From: Hyphomicrobium sp.
GTDB lineage: Bacteria; Pseudomonadota; Alphaproteobacteria; Rhizobiales; Hyphomicrobiaceae
DNA length: 64,000 nt
Reading direction: 5' to 3'
Assembly: GCA_002928515.1 (NCBI GenBank)
Contig: PERI01000006.1
Span: 21,670-85,669 of the forward strand
Positions within the stretch are counted from its first letter, which is position 1. The number at the start of each line of letters is the position of its first letter. Both the position numbers and the translations under genes were made by a program. Shown piece by piece: positions 9,213 through 18,723 of the stretch. The notes below the pieces were generated by a model. It was not told where the DNA came from, did no database searches, and saw only the letters and a list, made by a program, of their open reading frames with translations.

Positions 9213-10790
9213 ATGTTTTGGCGCGCGAAAACATCTAAGTCGGCTGATGGCGCATCGTCGAATGAAGAAGATACAGCGTCGGTTGCACCAGGTGGCGCAG
9301 ACTATGCCGCGCCAAGCGCTTTGGTGGAAGCCAGCGCGAGTACAGCTGCGCAATCGCCGGCGAGTTCGACATCATCAAGTGTGAGTGTGCCGGCAATCCC
9401 GGCATCATCATCTTCATCATCGACTTCGTCGGTGTCGCCTCCGGCACTTAGTCCGTCTACTTCGAGCAATGTCGTGTCGCTCGTCAGCCAGCGCTTGGCT
9501 GATCGTCTCGCCGATGTGTCTCCTGGCGCCGAGGTGGCCACCATCGGTCGCGAAGCTTTGATCGCGGGCGATGTATTGCAGAGCGAGGCGCTCGAAGCGC
9601 TTCGTGTGGCCATCACGCAATCGAAAAGTGGCGCGCATATTTTGGTGATGGCACCTCCCGGTGCTGCACCTAGAACTGCTGTCTTGCAACTGGCTGAAAC
9701 GCGCGCCGAAACGCTGGAAGCGCCACCTGACTGGATTTATGTGCCGGATTGGGATCGACCGGGGCGTTTGGTGCCCGTCGCCTTGCCGCATGGTGAAGGC
9801 GCACGTTTCGTCAGCGATGCGAATGCGGCTTTAGAAAAATCTGCGGCTATGTTCGATCGCCTCGTCAACAGCGACGAACATCGCTTGAGCGTCGAATTGC
9901 TCGATGAAGAATTCCGGCAGCGCAACGATAAAGCGCTGGAAGGCATGCGGCGTCGCGCTGAAGCTCAGAATATCGCCGTCATCAAGTCGCTCAATGGCTA
10001 CGTCCTTGCGCCGATGCACGAAGGCAAAGCGGTGCGGCCCGAGGTTTTTCGCGCCTTGCCAGGTGGATTGCAGCGCAACGTCGAAGCCAAAGTCGGCGCG
10101 CTTGAACAAGAATTACAGTCTCTGATTGCGTCATTGCCCGAAGCTGAGATGGAAGCTGACGATAAGCACGCGGCGCTCATTCGCCAAGTCGCCTTGCGCG
10201 CGGTAAAGCCCAACCTTGCCGTTCTCAAAAAAATGTATGCCAAAACATCAGGCGTCACGGCCGTTGCCGATCGTCTCGAACAGGGCTTTTTGCAACGCGC
10301 GGCAGCGTTAGTGCGCAACCCCATCGGCGGGCCGACGGTTGCGACGTTGTTCAGCCGAAGCCTTGGCGTTCTGATTGCCGATGGCGCAAGCGGGGCACCA
10401 GTTGTCGTGTCGCGCGGTATTGTTCCGGAAGAACTGTCCGGTGAAATTGGCCGCGATGTGTTTGGAGCACCAGCGATACGCGCGGGCGATTTGATGCGCG
10501 CCAATGGCGGAATTTTGATTGTCGAAGCGTGGCGTCTGGTAGCATTGCCGCAGACGTGGGCGGCCTTAAGTGCAGCTCTCGAAACCCGGTTGTTGCAACC
10601 GAAAGCAGCGCCTGGATTGGCCGTGACAGCCGAGCCCGTTCCGCTCACGCTGACTTTGATTTTGCTTGCCGATCCTGTGTCCTGGAGAAAGTTGGAAGCT
10701 CTCGATCCGGGTATCGCTCAGCATTTTTCCAAGGTTGCCGAAGTCGATAAAAAATCCGCAGCGGACGTCCAGGGTGATCGCGCGCGATGA
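9213..10790 (+). CDS. Lon-like (YcbZ/AAA_32-type) AAA protein lacking the protease domain, degenerate Walker A
   Basis: PPDWIYV..WDRP....VALPHGEG, helical insert, IRAGDLMRANGGILIVEA and PVPLTLTLIL match the Lon-like AAA_32 pattern. The ORF ends before any Lon proteolytic domain. Confidence 0.7.
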   Translation: MFWRAKTSKSADGASSNEEDTASVAPGGADYAAPSALVEASASTAAQSPASSTSSSVSVPAIPASSSSSSTSSVSPPALSPSTSSNVVSLVSQRLADRLADVSPGAEVATIGREALIAGDVLQSEALEALRVAITQSKSGAHILVMAPPGAAPRTAVLQLAETRAETLEAPPDWIYVPDWDRPGRLVPVALPHGEGARFVSDANAALEKSAAMFDRLVNSDEHRLSVELLDEEFRQRNDKALEGMRRRAEAQNIAVIKSLNGYVLAPMHEGKAVRPEVFRALPGGLQRNVEAKVGALEQELQSLIASLPEAEMEADDKHAALIRQVALRAVKPNLAVLKKMYAKTSGVTAVADRLEQGFLQRAAALVRNPIGGPTVATLFSRSLGVLIADGASGAPVVVSRGIVPEELSGEIGRDVFGAPAIRAGDLMRANGGILIVEAWRLVALPQTWAALSAALETRLLQPKAAPGLAVTAEPVPLTLTLILLADPVSWRKLEALDPGIAQHFSKVAEVDKKSAADVQGDRAR

Positions 10791-11641
10791 TAGCGCATGT
10801 CGCTGAGGCGTCGGAGGGAAGCGGCCGCGTCGTGTTGTGGCTTGATCCTTCCGTTCGCGCGTCCCCGCAAGCCATCGATATTTCTGTGCGATTGGCGGCT
10901 GCATACGGATCGGAAATCGAAACTGTCGAAGTCGATCCGCCATATTTGGAGCCATCGGACGGCGTTCCGATGCGTCGTGTCGATGTGCGCCCATCGGCCG
11001 TGATGGCAGACTTGAGCGAAACCGATGCGCGGGCTTGTTTGTCAGACGGTCATCGACGCAGCGTCGATCAATTGGCGGCAGAGTTGAAGGTTCCAGTGCG
11101 TCATGCGCGGACCTCCGGTGAGCCGATCGATCGCCTAACGCATATGTGCACCGTTCGCGGTCCTTGGAACATCATCGCTTTATCTCGTGCGCCCTCACTC
11201 GACATGGCTGAGATGGTATCGAGTGTCTTTGCCAACGTCAGTGGAGCGACCGGCGTCATCGTTGCCTCGCGTCATGAGGCTGCTTGGTCTGGACGTGTCG
11301 CTGTCATTGCTGAAGATAGCGAACGATTGCCGTCGATGCTGCGTGCGGCAGAGCGCATGGTCGGTCCCAATGGCGCGACGCATCTCGTGATCGCGGCAGC
11401 TACGAAATCTGTCTATGACGAACTCGAAGCGCAATCTCGGCTGTTACCGGAAGTCGGCACGCGCATCATATTCGAGACGACCGGGCCGACACTGGGGGTC
11501 GATGGCGCGTTGGATGAGAAACTCATTCGCGCGCGGCCGAGCCTTGTGATTGCACGATTTGGCGGCACATTACTGTCGGATGGTCGCGCGCTGTCGCGCT
11601 GTCTCGCGGTTACGGGCGCGCCATTTTTACTCGTGCGTTGA
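10787..11641 (+). CDS. Usp-like (adenine nucleotide alpha-hydrolase fold) tandem-domain protein
   Basis: N-terminal RVVLWLDPS..SPQAIDISVRLAAAYGSEIETVEVD resembles a Usp beta1-alpha1-beta2; second unit ends PSLVIAR...APFLLVR. ATGA overlap with the upstream gene. Confidence 0.5.
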   Translation: MIAHVAEASEGSGRVVLWLDPSVRASPQAIDISVRLAAAYGSEIETVEVDPPYLEPSDGVPMRRVDVRPSAVMADLSETDARACLSDGHRRSVDQLAAELKVPVRHARTSGEPIDRLTHMCTVRGPWNIIALSRAPSLDMAEMVSSVFANVSGATGVIVASRHEAAWSGRVAVIAEDSERLPSMLRAAERMVGPNGATHLVIAAATKSVYDELEAQSRLLPEVGTRIIFETTGPTLGVDGALDEKLIRARPSLVIARFGGTLLSDGRALSRCLAVTGAPFLLVR

Positions 11642-11662
11642 GCGGTCGGGCTGGGGCCGGTG

Positions 11663-12643
11663 TTAAGTTTTCGGAGCGGCTAGATTTTGCGCCAAAAATT
11701 CAGGCCCGGAGCCAATTATCAACGGGTCGGGTTGGCCAATGGCCGCTAAATCTCGTCCTTCGTAGTCGATGGCCAATAGAATATTGCGGATGGTTTCGAT
11801 GCGGGCGCGACGCTGATCGTTGGCGTGGACGATGGTCCACGGTGCGATGGCGGTGTGCGTGAAGCGGAACATCTCGGTGTTGGCTTCAGTGTAGTCATCC
11901 CATTTTTCCAGAGCCGCAAGATCGACGCTTGAGAGTTTCCATTGCTTGAGCGGATCGTGGCGGCGCTCATGGAAGCGCTTGATCTGCATCTCGCGGCCAA
12001 TCGACAGATGATATTTGAACAGGCGAATGCCGTCGCGCACCAGCAAGCTTTCGAATTCTGGGGCTTCACGTAGGAAAATCGCGAGTTGATCCGGTGTGCA
12101 ATAGCCCATGACGCGTTCGACGCCAGCACGATTGTACCATGAGCGATCGAACAGGACGACTTCGCCTGCTGTCGGCAGGTGTACGGCATAACGCTGGAAA
12201 TAGAGCTGACCGCTTTCTGTTTCGGTCGGCTTTGTTAGCGCGACTGTACGGGTGTTGCGTGGGTTCAAATGTTCGCGAAATGCGTTGATGCACGACCCTT
12301 TACCGGCGCCGTCACGACCTTCGTAGAGAATGACGATGCGGCCGCGGGTTTTCAGATTGTGGGTTTGCAGTTTGACCAATTCAACTTGTAGTGCGTGCAG
12401 CTTTTCCTCAAACTCTTCACGCTTCATGCGCTTGTCGTAGGGATAGCCGCCCGACTTTAGGGATTTGTCGTCGATGTCTTTGGGTAGCTTCGGGTCGTCG
12501 AGTGAAAACCCTTTTGGCAAGGACGTGGCTTTTGCAGTTTGGGAAGTTGGCGTTTCTGCCGATGCGGCGACAGATGGGACCGATTTTTCGCTGTCAGTTT
12601 TTTTCTCAAACTTACGATCTGATTTGTTCTTGTCTTTGGCCAT
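11663..12643 (-). CDS. ppk2: Polyphosphate kinase 2
   Basis: [11 protein letters not shown] Walker [31 protein letters not shown]. Start moved to MAKDK (12643; 12649 is possible). Confidence 0.95.
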   Translation of the reverse strand: MAKDKNKSDRKFEKKTDSEKSVPSVAASAETPTSQTAKATSLPKGFSLDDPKLPKDIDDKSLKSGGYPYDKRMKREEFEEKLHALQVELVKLQTHNLKTRGRIVILYEGRDGAGKGSCINAFREHLNPRNTRTVALTKPTETESGQLYFQRYAVHLPTAGEVVLFDRSWYNRAGVERVMGYCTPDQLAIFLREAPEFESLLVRDGIRLFKYHLSIGREMQIKRFHERRHDPLKQWKLSSVDLAALEKWDDYTEANTEMFRFTHTAIAPWTIVHANDQRRARIETIRNILLAIDYEGRDLAAIGQPDPLIIGSGPEFLAQNLAAPKT

Positions 12644-12718
12644 GCTCATCCACCGCTCACACACGTTTTTCTGACTGACAACAACGTCAGGCAGGACAAG
12701 CTTGCAACCCCGCATACG

Positions 12719-12754
12719 AAAAAAGGTCAATAGCCCCCGCGCTATTGACCTTTT
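12719..12754 (-). terminator. Intrinsic terminator after gcrA (possibly bidirectional)
   Basis: Perfect 14-bp stem aaaaggtcaatagc/gctattgacctttt with a 6-nt loop; T-runs follow on both strands. Confidence 0.75.
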
Positions 12755-12796
12755 CTCAAGATGCCGGAAGCCCCCCTTCCGGCAAACCGATTATCG

Positions 12797-13351
12797 TTAC
12801 GCGCGTTCCTTCGCCGGAACGGACGGCGGTGCGAGCGTTATACCGATAGGCATTTCGACTTCAGTGCGTTCGCGGCGGCGTGGTGCTGCCGGTTGGAAGG
12901 CGCGCCGGGCGTGAACTTCGCAATAGGGTAGTCCCAAAACTTTATTGCGACCGCAGAAGTGGAAGTCACTCATTTGTGGGTCGCCAATCGGCCAGCGACA
13001 ACTGCATTCTGTGAGTGTTTGAATGGATTTGCGTTCCGCCAATGGAATTTCGATTTCTTCCACGGGCTGCACATATGTTTCTGCATCCATTGAATAGAGC
13101 GCGCGCACAGCCGGATTTCCGGCCTGGGCAAAACGCGGTTTGGCGAGCCTTTTGGCATTGGCCAGGCGTGCGCGCGGACGATGCGTTTTCATACGCGACG
13201 TCGTTGCTCGACCTGACAGCCCAAGGCGATGCACCTTGCCAATGACGGCATTGCGCGTGACGCTGCCAAGACGTCCGGCAATTTGGCTGGCGCTCAGCCC
13301 TTCCGACCAGAGCTTTTTCAAAAGCTCAACCCGATCATCTGTCCAAGACAT
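12797..13351 (-). CDS. gcrA: Cell-cycle regulator GcrA
   Basis: MSWTDDRVELLKKLWSEGLSASQIA..LG.VTRNAVIGKVHRLGL and CRWPIGDP...FHFCG...GLPYCEVH. Start at ATG 13351 (ORF track 13465). Confidence 0.95.
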   Translation of the reverse strand: MSWTDDRVELLKKLWSEGLSASQIAGRLGSVTRNAVIGKVHRLGLSGRATTSRMKTHRPRARLANAKRLAKPRFAQAGNPAVRALYSMDAETYVQPVEEIEIPLAERKSIQTLTECSCRWPIGDPQMSDFHFCGRNKVLGLPYCEVHARRAFQPAAPRRRERTEVEMPIGITLAPPSVPAKERA

Positions 13352-13936
13352 ACGTTGTCGCTCCCTGTCGAGCCGCAATTCAGCGGCGGTGCACCCCCCG
13401 GTGCCCGCAGAAAACCGTTCGCTATCGACCGAACGACGCACGCGTTTTTGCAAACGCGACAGCATCGGACGCCGAACACGACCGGGTTACAAACGCAGAA
13501 CTGTTTGGAAACGCAGGACAAATAACGCGCTCATACAACGCGGGCTGCCCCAACACAGGCGCCCAGAACGCGGCTTAACCCAACAAAAAACCGATGTTCA
13601 GCACAACTGGCCGCCACATCTCGTGGGTCAACGGAGGTAAATTACAACATGCTGAATCCCTTCTACAAGACGAGCTTTTGTTTTCGCAGGCGTTGACAGG
13701 GAGCCGTTGCCGCGCCGCAACAGATTGATTCGTGACAGTGGATATGTACGTGAAAGCATCACATGACGTTTTGGATACTGCGCGCGTGCTCTTGCAACGC
13801 CGGAAAACCCAATCAAGTCTGGCTTTTTGAACGGTGCTCCGCGTTGACAGCGTCATGCTCGACGCGTATCTAATGAAGGAACAGGGCCGCCAGGATTGGG
13901 CGGCTTTTTGATTTTGTGCACGAGGTTCACTGACGC

Positions 13937-15199
13937 ATGTCCGGGACTTCTGCGGTGCAGGGTAAGATCGCTGCGACCGCTTCCCCGAAGGGCTACGCCT
14001 CGAAATCCGAGGCTTCCGACATCGTGATGGGCACATACGCTCGTCAGGACATTGTTTTTGCGCGCGGTGAAGGTGTCTGGCTGATTGCCGACAGCGGTGA
14101 GCGCTTCCTCGATTTCGGCTCTGGCGTCGCGGTCAATAATTTGGGTCATGCTCATCCCCGCCTCGTGGCGGCGCTGGCTGAGCAGGCGGGAAAACTCTGG
14201 CACACATCCAATCTTTATCGTGTCGAAGGCCAAGAGACCGTCGCGGCGCGATTGGCTGAACTCACGTTCGCTGAGAAAATTTTCTTTTGTAATTCGGGTG
14301 CGGAAGCCTGCGAGGGCGCGATCAAGGTCGCACGTCGGTATCAGTTCGTGTCCGGTCATCCCGAGCGCCAGCGCATTATTACATTCAGCGGCGCTTTTCA
14401 TGGGCGCACGTTGGCAACGTTGGCTGCGGGCGGCAACGAAAAATATCTCGAAGGATTTGCGCCGACAGCCGACGGGTTCGACAATCTTCCCTTCGGCGAT
14501 CATGCGGCATTGGAAGCTGCGATCACGCCTGCGACGGCTGCCATCATGATCGAGCCTGTGCAAGGTGAGGGTGGTGTGCGCCAAGTGCCTGCGCAATGCC
14601 TGCAAGGTTTGCGTACGTTATGCGATCAGCATGGTCTGCTCCTCATATTCGATGAAGTGCAAACCGGCATTGGCCGTTCGGGCAAATTATTCGCGCACGA
14701 GTGGGCTGGCGTGACGCCAGATGTGATGGCGGTGGCGAAGGGGCTGGGCGGTGGCTTCCCAGTCGGCGCGGTGCTGGCCACTGCGGAAGCGGCCAAAGGC
14801 ATGACTCCGGGCACGCACGGCTCGACGTTCGGTGGCAATCCGCTGGCGATGGCTGTGGCGTCCGCTGTTATCGATGTGGTCACAGAAGCCGGATTTCTTG
14901 AAGATGTGCAGATGAAGGCGCTGCGTTTGAAGCAGGGTCTCGCCAGTCTCAAAGATCGCTTTCCAAGCGTCGTCGAGGATGTGCGCGGCGTCGGGTTGCT
15001 GACCGGCTTGAAACTCACGTCTGGTATTGCACCGGCTGCTCTCGTCAAAGCCGCACTCGGTGAACATCTGCTGCTCGTCGGCGCTGGCGACAACACGGTT
15101 CGCGTGCTGCCGCCATTGATCGCGACTGAATCAGAAATCGCGGATGGCATCGAGCGACTGTCGCGCGCACTTCAATCCGTTGCTCGTGAGCATTCCTGA
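13937..15199 (+). CDS. argD: Acetylornithine aminotransferase
   Basis: [36 protein letters not shown] (PLP lysine), HGSTFGGNP. Confidence 0.95.
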   Translation: MSGTSAVQGKIAATASPKGYASKSEASDIVMGTYARQDIVFARGEGVWLIADSGERFLDFGSGVAVNNLGHAHPRLVAALAEQAGKLWHTSNLYRVEGQETVAARLAELTFAEKIFFCNSGAEACEGAIKVARRYQFVSGHPERQRIITFSGAFHGRTLATLAAGGNEKYLEGFAPTADGFDNLPFGDHAALEAAITPATAAIMIEPVQGEGGVRQVPAQCLQGLRTLCDQHGLLLIFDEVQTGIGRSGKLFAHEWAGVTPDVMAVAKGLGGGFPVGAVLATAEAAKGMTPGTHGSTFGGNPLAMAVASAVIDVVTEAGFLEDVQMKALRLKQGLASLKDRFPSVVEDVRGVGLLTGLKLTSGIAPAALVKAALGEHLLLVGAGDNTVRVLPPLIATESEIADGIERLSRALQSVAREHS

Positions 15200-15238
15200 C
15201 TTTCCCATTTCAGCGAGCCAGAGAAAGCTCCCCGCGCC

Positions 15239-16171
15239 ATGCCGTTAGCAAAATCGCCGAGACATTTTTTAGATATTTCCGAACTTGATGCCAAGACACT
15301 GCGTCGGATCATCGATGCGGCGCACGCCATGAAGAAAGCCGGAAAACGTGTCCCCGTAGCGCTGCGCCCGAAGGACATTGCAGACCTCGTATTGGTGATG
15401 ATTTTCGAGAAGCCATCGACTCGCACGCGCGTATCTTTCGATATCGCGATGCGACAGCTCGGCGGTGGCGCGCTGTCGCTCAATCATACCGACCTGCAAT
15501 TGGGGCGCGGTGAGTCTGTGGCGGACACGGCGCGCGTCTTATCACGTTACGCGGATGCCATTATGATCCGCGCGAACACGCACGACACGCTCCAGCAACT
15601 GGCGAACAATGCCACGATACCTGTCATCAACGGGCTGACCGATAAGAGCCATCCGTGCCAGGTGATGGCCGATATTCAAACATTTGAAGAGCACCTCGGT
15701 CCCATCAAAGGGCGCACCGTTGCGTGGGTCGGCGATGGCAATAACGTCGCCGTTTCATGGATGCACGCGGCTACGCGCTTTGGATTTACATTACGATTGG
15801 CGTGTCCAAAATCGCTTTATCCAGAAGATGATGCGATTGACTGGGTGCATCGGGAAAAGGGTGCGGTGCAAATCAGCGATGATCCCGAGAAGGCCGTTCG
15901 CGGGGTCGATTGCGTTGTCACTGACACTTGGGTGTCGATGGGTCAGGTCGATGCTGCCAAGCGCAAGAAACTTTTGGCGCCTTATGCGGTCGATGCCAAC
16001 TTGATGAAGAAAGCTGCCAAAGGCGCCATCTTCATGCACTGCCTGCCAGCGTATCGCGGGCACGAGGTCAGCGAAGAGGTGCTCGAAGGGCCGCAGTCTG
16101 TGGTGTTCGATGAAGCGGAAAATCGCTTGCACGCGCAGAAAGCCATTCTTGCGTGGTGCCTGGGTGCGTAG
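15239..16171 (+). CDS. argF: Ornithine carbamoyltransferase
   Basis: [36 protein letters not shown]. Confidence 0.97.
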   Translation: MPLAKSPRHFLDISELDAKTLRRIIDAAHAMKKAGKRVPVALRPKDIADLVLVMIFEKPSTRTRVSFDIAMRQLGGGALSLNHTDLQLGRGESVADTARVLSRYADAIMIRANTHDTLQQLANNATIPVINGLTDKSHPCQVMADIQTFEEHLGPIKGRTVAWVGDGNNVAVSWMHAATRFGFTLRLACPKSLYPEDDAIDWVHREKGAVQISDDPEKAVRGVDCVVTDTWVSMGQVDAAKRKKLLAPYAVDANLMKKAAKGAIFMHCLPAYRGHEVSEEVLEGPQSVVFDEAENRLHAQKAILAWCLGA

Positions 16172-16195
16172 CTTTCCTGTCGGCGTTTAGGGGCG

Positions 16196-17158
16196 TTGGT
16201 GATGGCTGAGCCGACTGAAGCATCCAGCATGGCGCTTGCCCACGACGATGTTGTGATCGTATTTCGCACTGAAAAGTCTGACATACGCGGGCGTCTCGTT
16301 CGCTTGGCTGCGACGAGCGACACTGTCTTATCGCGCCATAACATGCCTGATCCAGTGAGCCATGCGCTGGGACAAAGTTTGGCACTGGCCGCCATGCTAG
16401 GTTCCGTGCTGCCTGCTGAAGGCAAGATCATTCTGCAAACGCGCACCAGCGGTCCGGTATCGTTTTTGGTCGCCGATTATGATGCGCCGGGTCGGGTCCG
16501 TGGGCATGCGCGTTTCGATGCTGCATCATTGTCTGAGATCATGGCCAGCTCGCAGACAATTGATACGGGTTATGTCCTGGGCAAAGGACACCTCGCGATC
16601 ACTGTCGATCAAGGTCCTGGTTCGGACCGCTATCAAGGCGTCATCGCGCTCGATGGTGTGCCGCTCGAATTGGCAGCCGCTACCTATTTCGAACAACGCG
16701 AAGCGCTGCCGACATTTGTTCGTCTGGCCGTTGCACGTCATGGCACGCGTGGCTCAGAGCCTGCTTGGCGCTGGCGGGCTGGCGGTTTGATGATGCAAAG
16801 TATAGCTGAGGTCCTTGAAACTGAAAGTTTGACTGACAGCGAATCTTCCGAAAATTGGTCCCGCGTGCGCACGCTAGCTGCCACCGTCGAAGATCACGAA
16901 CTGCTCGATCCTAATTTGTCGGCCGAGCGGCTACTGCTCCGGTTATTTCATGAGGAAGGCGTGCGCGTTGAGCGTGTGCTGCCGCTGACAAGCTACTGTC
17001 GCTGTTCCCGTGAACGCGTATTCGATGTGTTGCGCAGCTTTGGCGCGAAGGAACTGGCTGATATGCGCGACGACGCTGGCGACGTCGTTGTCACATGCGA
17101 GTTCTGCGCGTCTCACTACCACTTCACGTTGTCGGAAATCGAGCAGAACGCCAGTTGA
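16196..17158 (+). CDS. hslO: Hsp33 redox-regulated chaperone
   Basis: GRVRGHA, GKGHLAIT, YQG, and the C-terminal zinc centre CRCS...CEFC. Start could be ATG 16202. Confidence 0.92.
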   Translation: MVMAEPTEASSMALAHDDVVIVFRTEKSDIRGRLVRLAATSDTVLSRHNMPDPVSHALGQSLALAAMLGSVLPAEGKIILQTRTSGPVSFLVADYDAPGRVRGHARFDAASLSEIMASSQTIDTGYVLGKGHLAITVDQGPGSDRYQGVIALDGVPLELAAATYFEQREALPTFVRLAVARHGTRGSEPAWRWRAGGLMMQSIAEVLETESLTDSESSENWSRVRTLAATVEDHELLDPNLSAERLLLRLFHEEGVRVERVLPLTSYCRCSRERVFDVLRSFGAKELADMRDDAGDVVVTCEFCASHYHFTLSEIEQNAS

Positions 17159-17185
17159 TCTGGCGTCTGCAACATACTCTGCAGT

Positions 17186-17722
17186 TTATTGCTGTGTGCG
17201 CGGCTTTTTCGCGTCATCGAGATCTTGTGGGCCTTCTTCAGGCTTTTTGCCCGATACGTCGTATTCCGTTTTCGAACGTGCACCGGCAATCTGTGCGCCA
17301 CTCAGCGAACATGTGTTGCCGGTATCCATGAGTTTGAACGCGGGGTTTTGCTTATCGACAAATTCAGTGCGCGAAACTTTGCCATCGTTGTTGGCGTCGA
17401 AGTAATCGTGGTTGGCCGTTACAAACATACGATCGACTGCGACGATGGCTTTCCATTCAGCTTCATCGACGTTGTCATCGCGGTTGGCATCCGCGCCGTT
17501 GAAGAGTTCGGAAGCGTATGCTTTCCACTCTTCACAGGTCACGACGTTGTCGCGATTGCGGTCCCAACTTCCAGCAGCGACAAGAAACACACGATCTGTT
17601 TCGCCAACTTTGTTGGAGCCGAATGGGCTGATCGAGCCTATCGAGCTCAGCGGCGACGACGAACACGCACCCAGCATGGACAGGACTGGAAGGATGGCAA
17701 TCGCGAGTGCGCGGGACTTCAT
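17186..17722 (-). CDS. EF-hand calcium-binding lipoprotein
   Basis: Lipobox LGAC; EF loops DRNRDNVVTCEE, DANRDDNVDEAE, DANNDGKVSRTE, plus one degenerate loop. Confidence 0.8.
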   Translation of the reverse strand: MKSRALAIAILPVLSMLGACSSSPLSSIGSISPFGSNKVGETDRVFLVAAGSWDRNRDNVVTCEEWKAYASELFNGADANRDDNVDEAEWKAIVAVDRMFVTANHDYFDANNDGKVSRTEFVDKQNPAFKLMDTGNTCSLSGAQIAGARSKTEYDVSGKKPEEGPQDLDDAKKPRTQQ

Positions 17723-18054
17723 CGGGTCAAATCTTTCTCAATCGTGTGTAGAAAATCATATACGGAGTGGAGTTGAGCCATGTCCTAGCGCCAGGATTGC
17801 GACGCGCCCACGGCAGGATGGCAAAAAAATGTGCATCACTGTACTGAGAATGACGACTGTCGCCTAGACGTCACACAATTGTCGTTCACAACTCACCCGT
17901 ATAGTGAATTTCGCCTCTTGGAGGCATGTTCCATATCTATTGAAGATACCACTTGAAACCATGTCCGCTATCGACCTGCGCAAGCATGTGTCTGAAGTTG
18001 GATTGATGGACGGGCTCCGATGCCCGATTTGAAACCAGTCATTAGGGCCGCTCC

Positions 18055-18723
18055 ATGCGTTCAGATATTTCACGCCGCATCGCTGCTGAGTTCATCGGCA
18101 CGGCATTTTTGCTCGCAGCGGTCGTTGGGTCCGGCATCATGGCCGACAAACTCAGTGCTGGAAATGTCGGCCTTGCGCTTTTGTGCAATGCCATCGCGAC
18201 AGGTGCTGCGCTGTACGTTCTCATTACTATTTTTGGACCGATCTCAGGCGCGCATTTCAATCCGGCTGTTACAGCAATCATGCTTTTGAATAGGCAGATC
18301 GAAACTTTGCCAGCGTTGACTTATGTCGGTGCGCAGGTGCTGGGCGGCATTTTCGGTGTGATCGTCGCGCATGCGATGTTCGATCAATCCCTGTTGCAAA
18401 CTTCGACTACGTCTCGCACAGGTCTCGCACAATGGACGGCTGAGTTCGTTGCAGCTTTTGGTTTGATCCTCACAATTCTGGGCACGGTGCGATTTCGACC
18501 TGAAGCTGTGCCGACAGCCGTCGGTCTCTACATCGTGTCTGCGTATTGGTTTACGGCTTCAACCTCGTTTGCCAATCCGGCTGTGACCATTGCAAGGTCT
18601 CTTTCCAATACGTTTGCCGGTATCGCTCCGGGCGACGTTTTATTATTTATCGTCGCTCAGATGCTCGGTGCCCTTGCGGCCTTGATCATCGCCAAATGGC
18701 TGTTTTCTGAAACGACAAACTAG
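18055..18723 (+). CDS. MIP/aquaporin-family channel (AqpS-like)
   Basis: AEFIGT, SGAHFNPAVT and STSFANPAVTIAR (two NPA motifs), six TM helices. Confidence 0.9.
   Translation: MRSDISRRIAAEFIGTAFLLAAVVGSGIMADKLSAGNVGLALLCNAIATGAALYVLITIFGPISGAHFNPAVTAIMLLNRQIETLPALTYVGAQVLGGIFGVIVAHAMFDQSLLQTSTTSRTGLAQWTAEFVAAFGLILTILGTVRFRPEAVPTAVGLYIVSAYWFTASTSFANPAVTIARSLSNTFAGIAPGDVLLFIVAQMLGALAALIIAKWLFSETTN

Noticed and set aside
9213-10790. Lon-like gene as a frameshifted pseudogene
   Set aside because: No protease-domain remnant was noticed downstream; the stop is coupled to the next gene's ATG, which suggests a maintained truncation.
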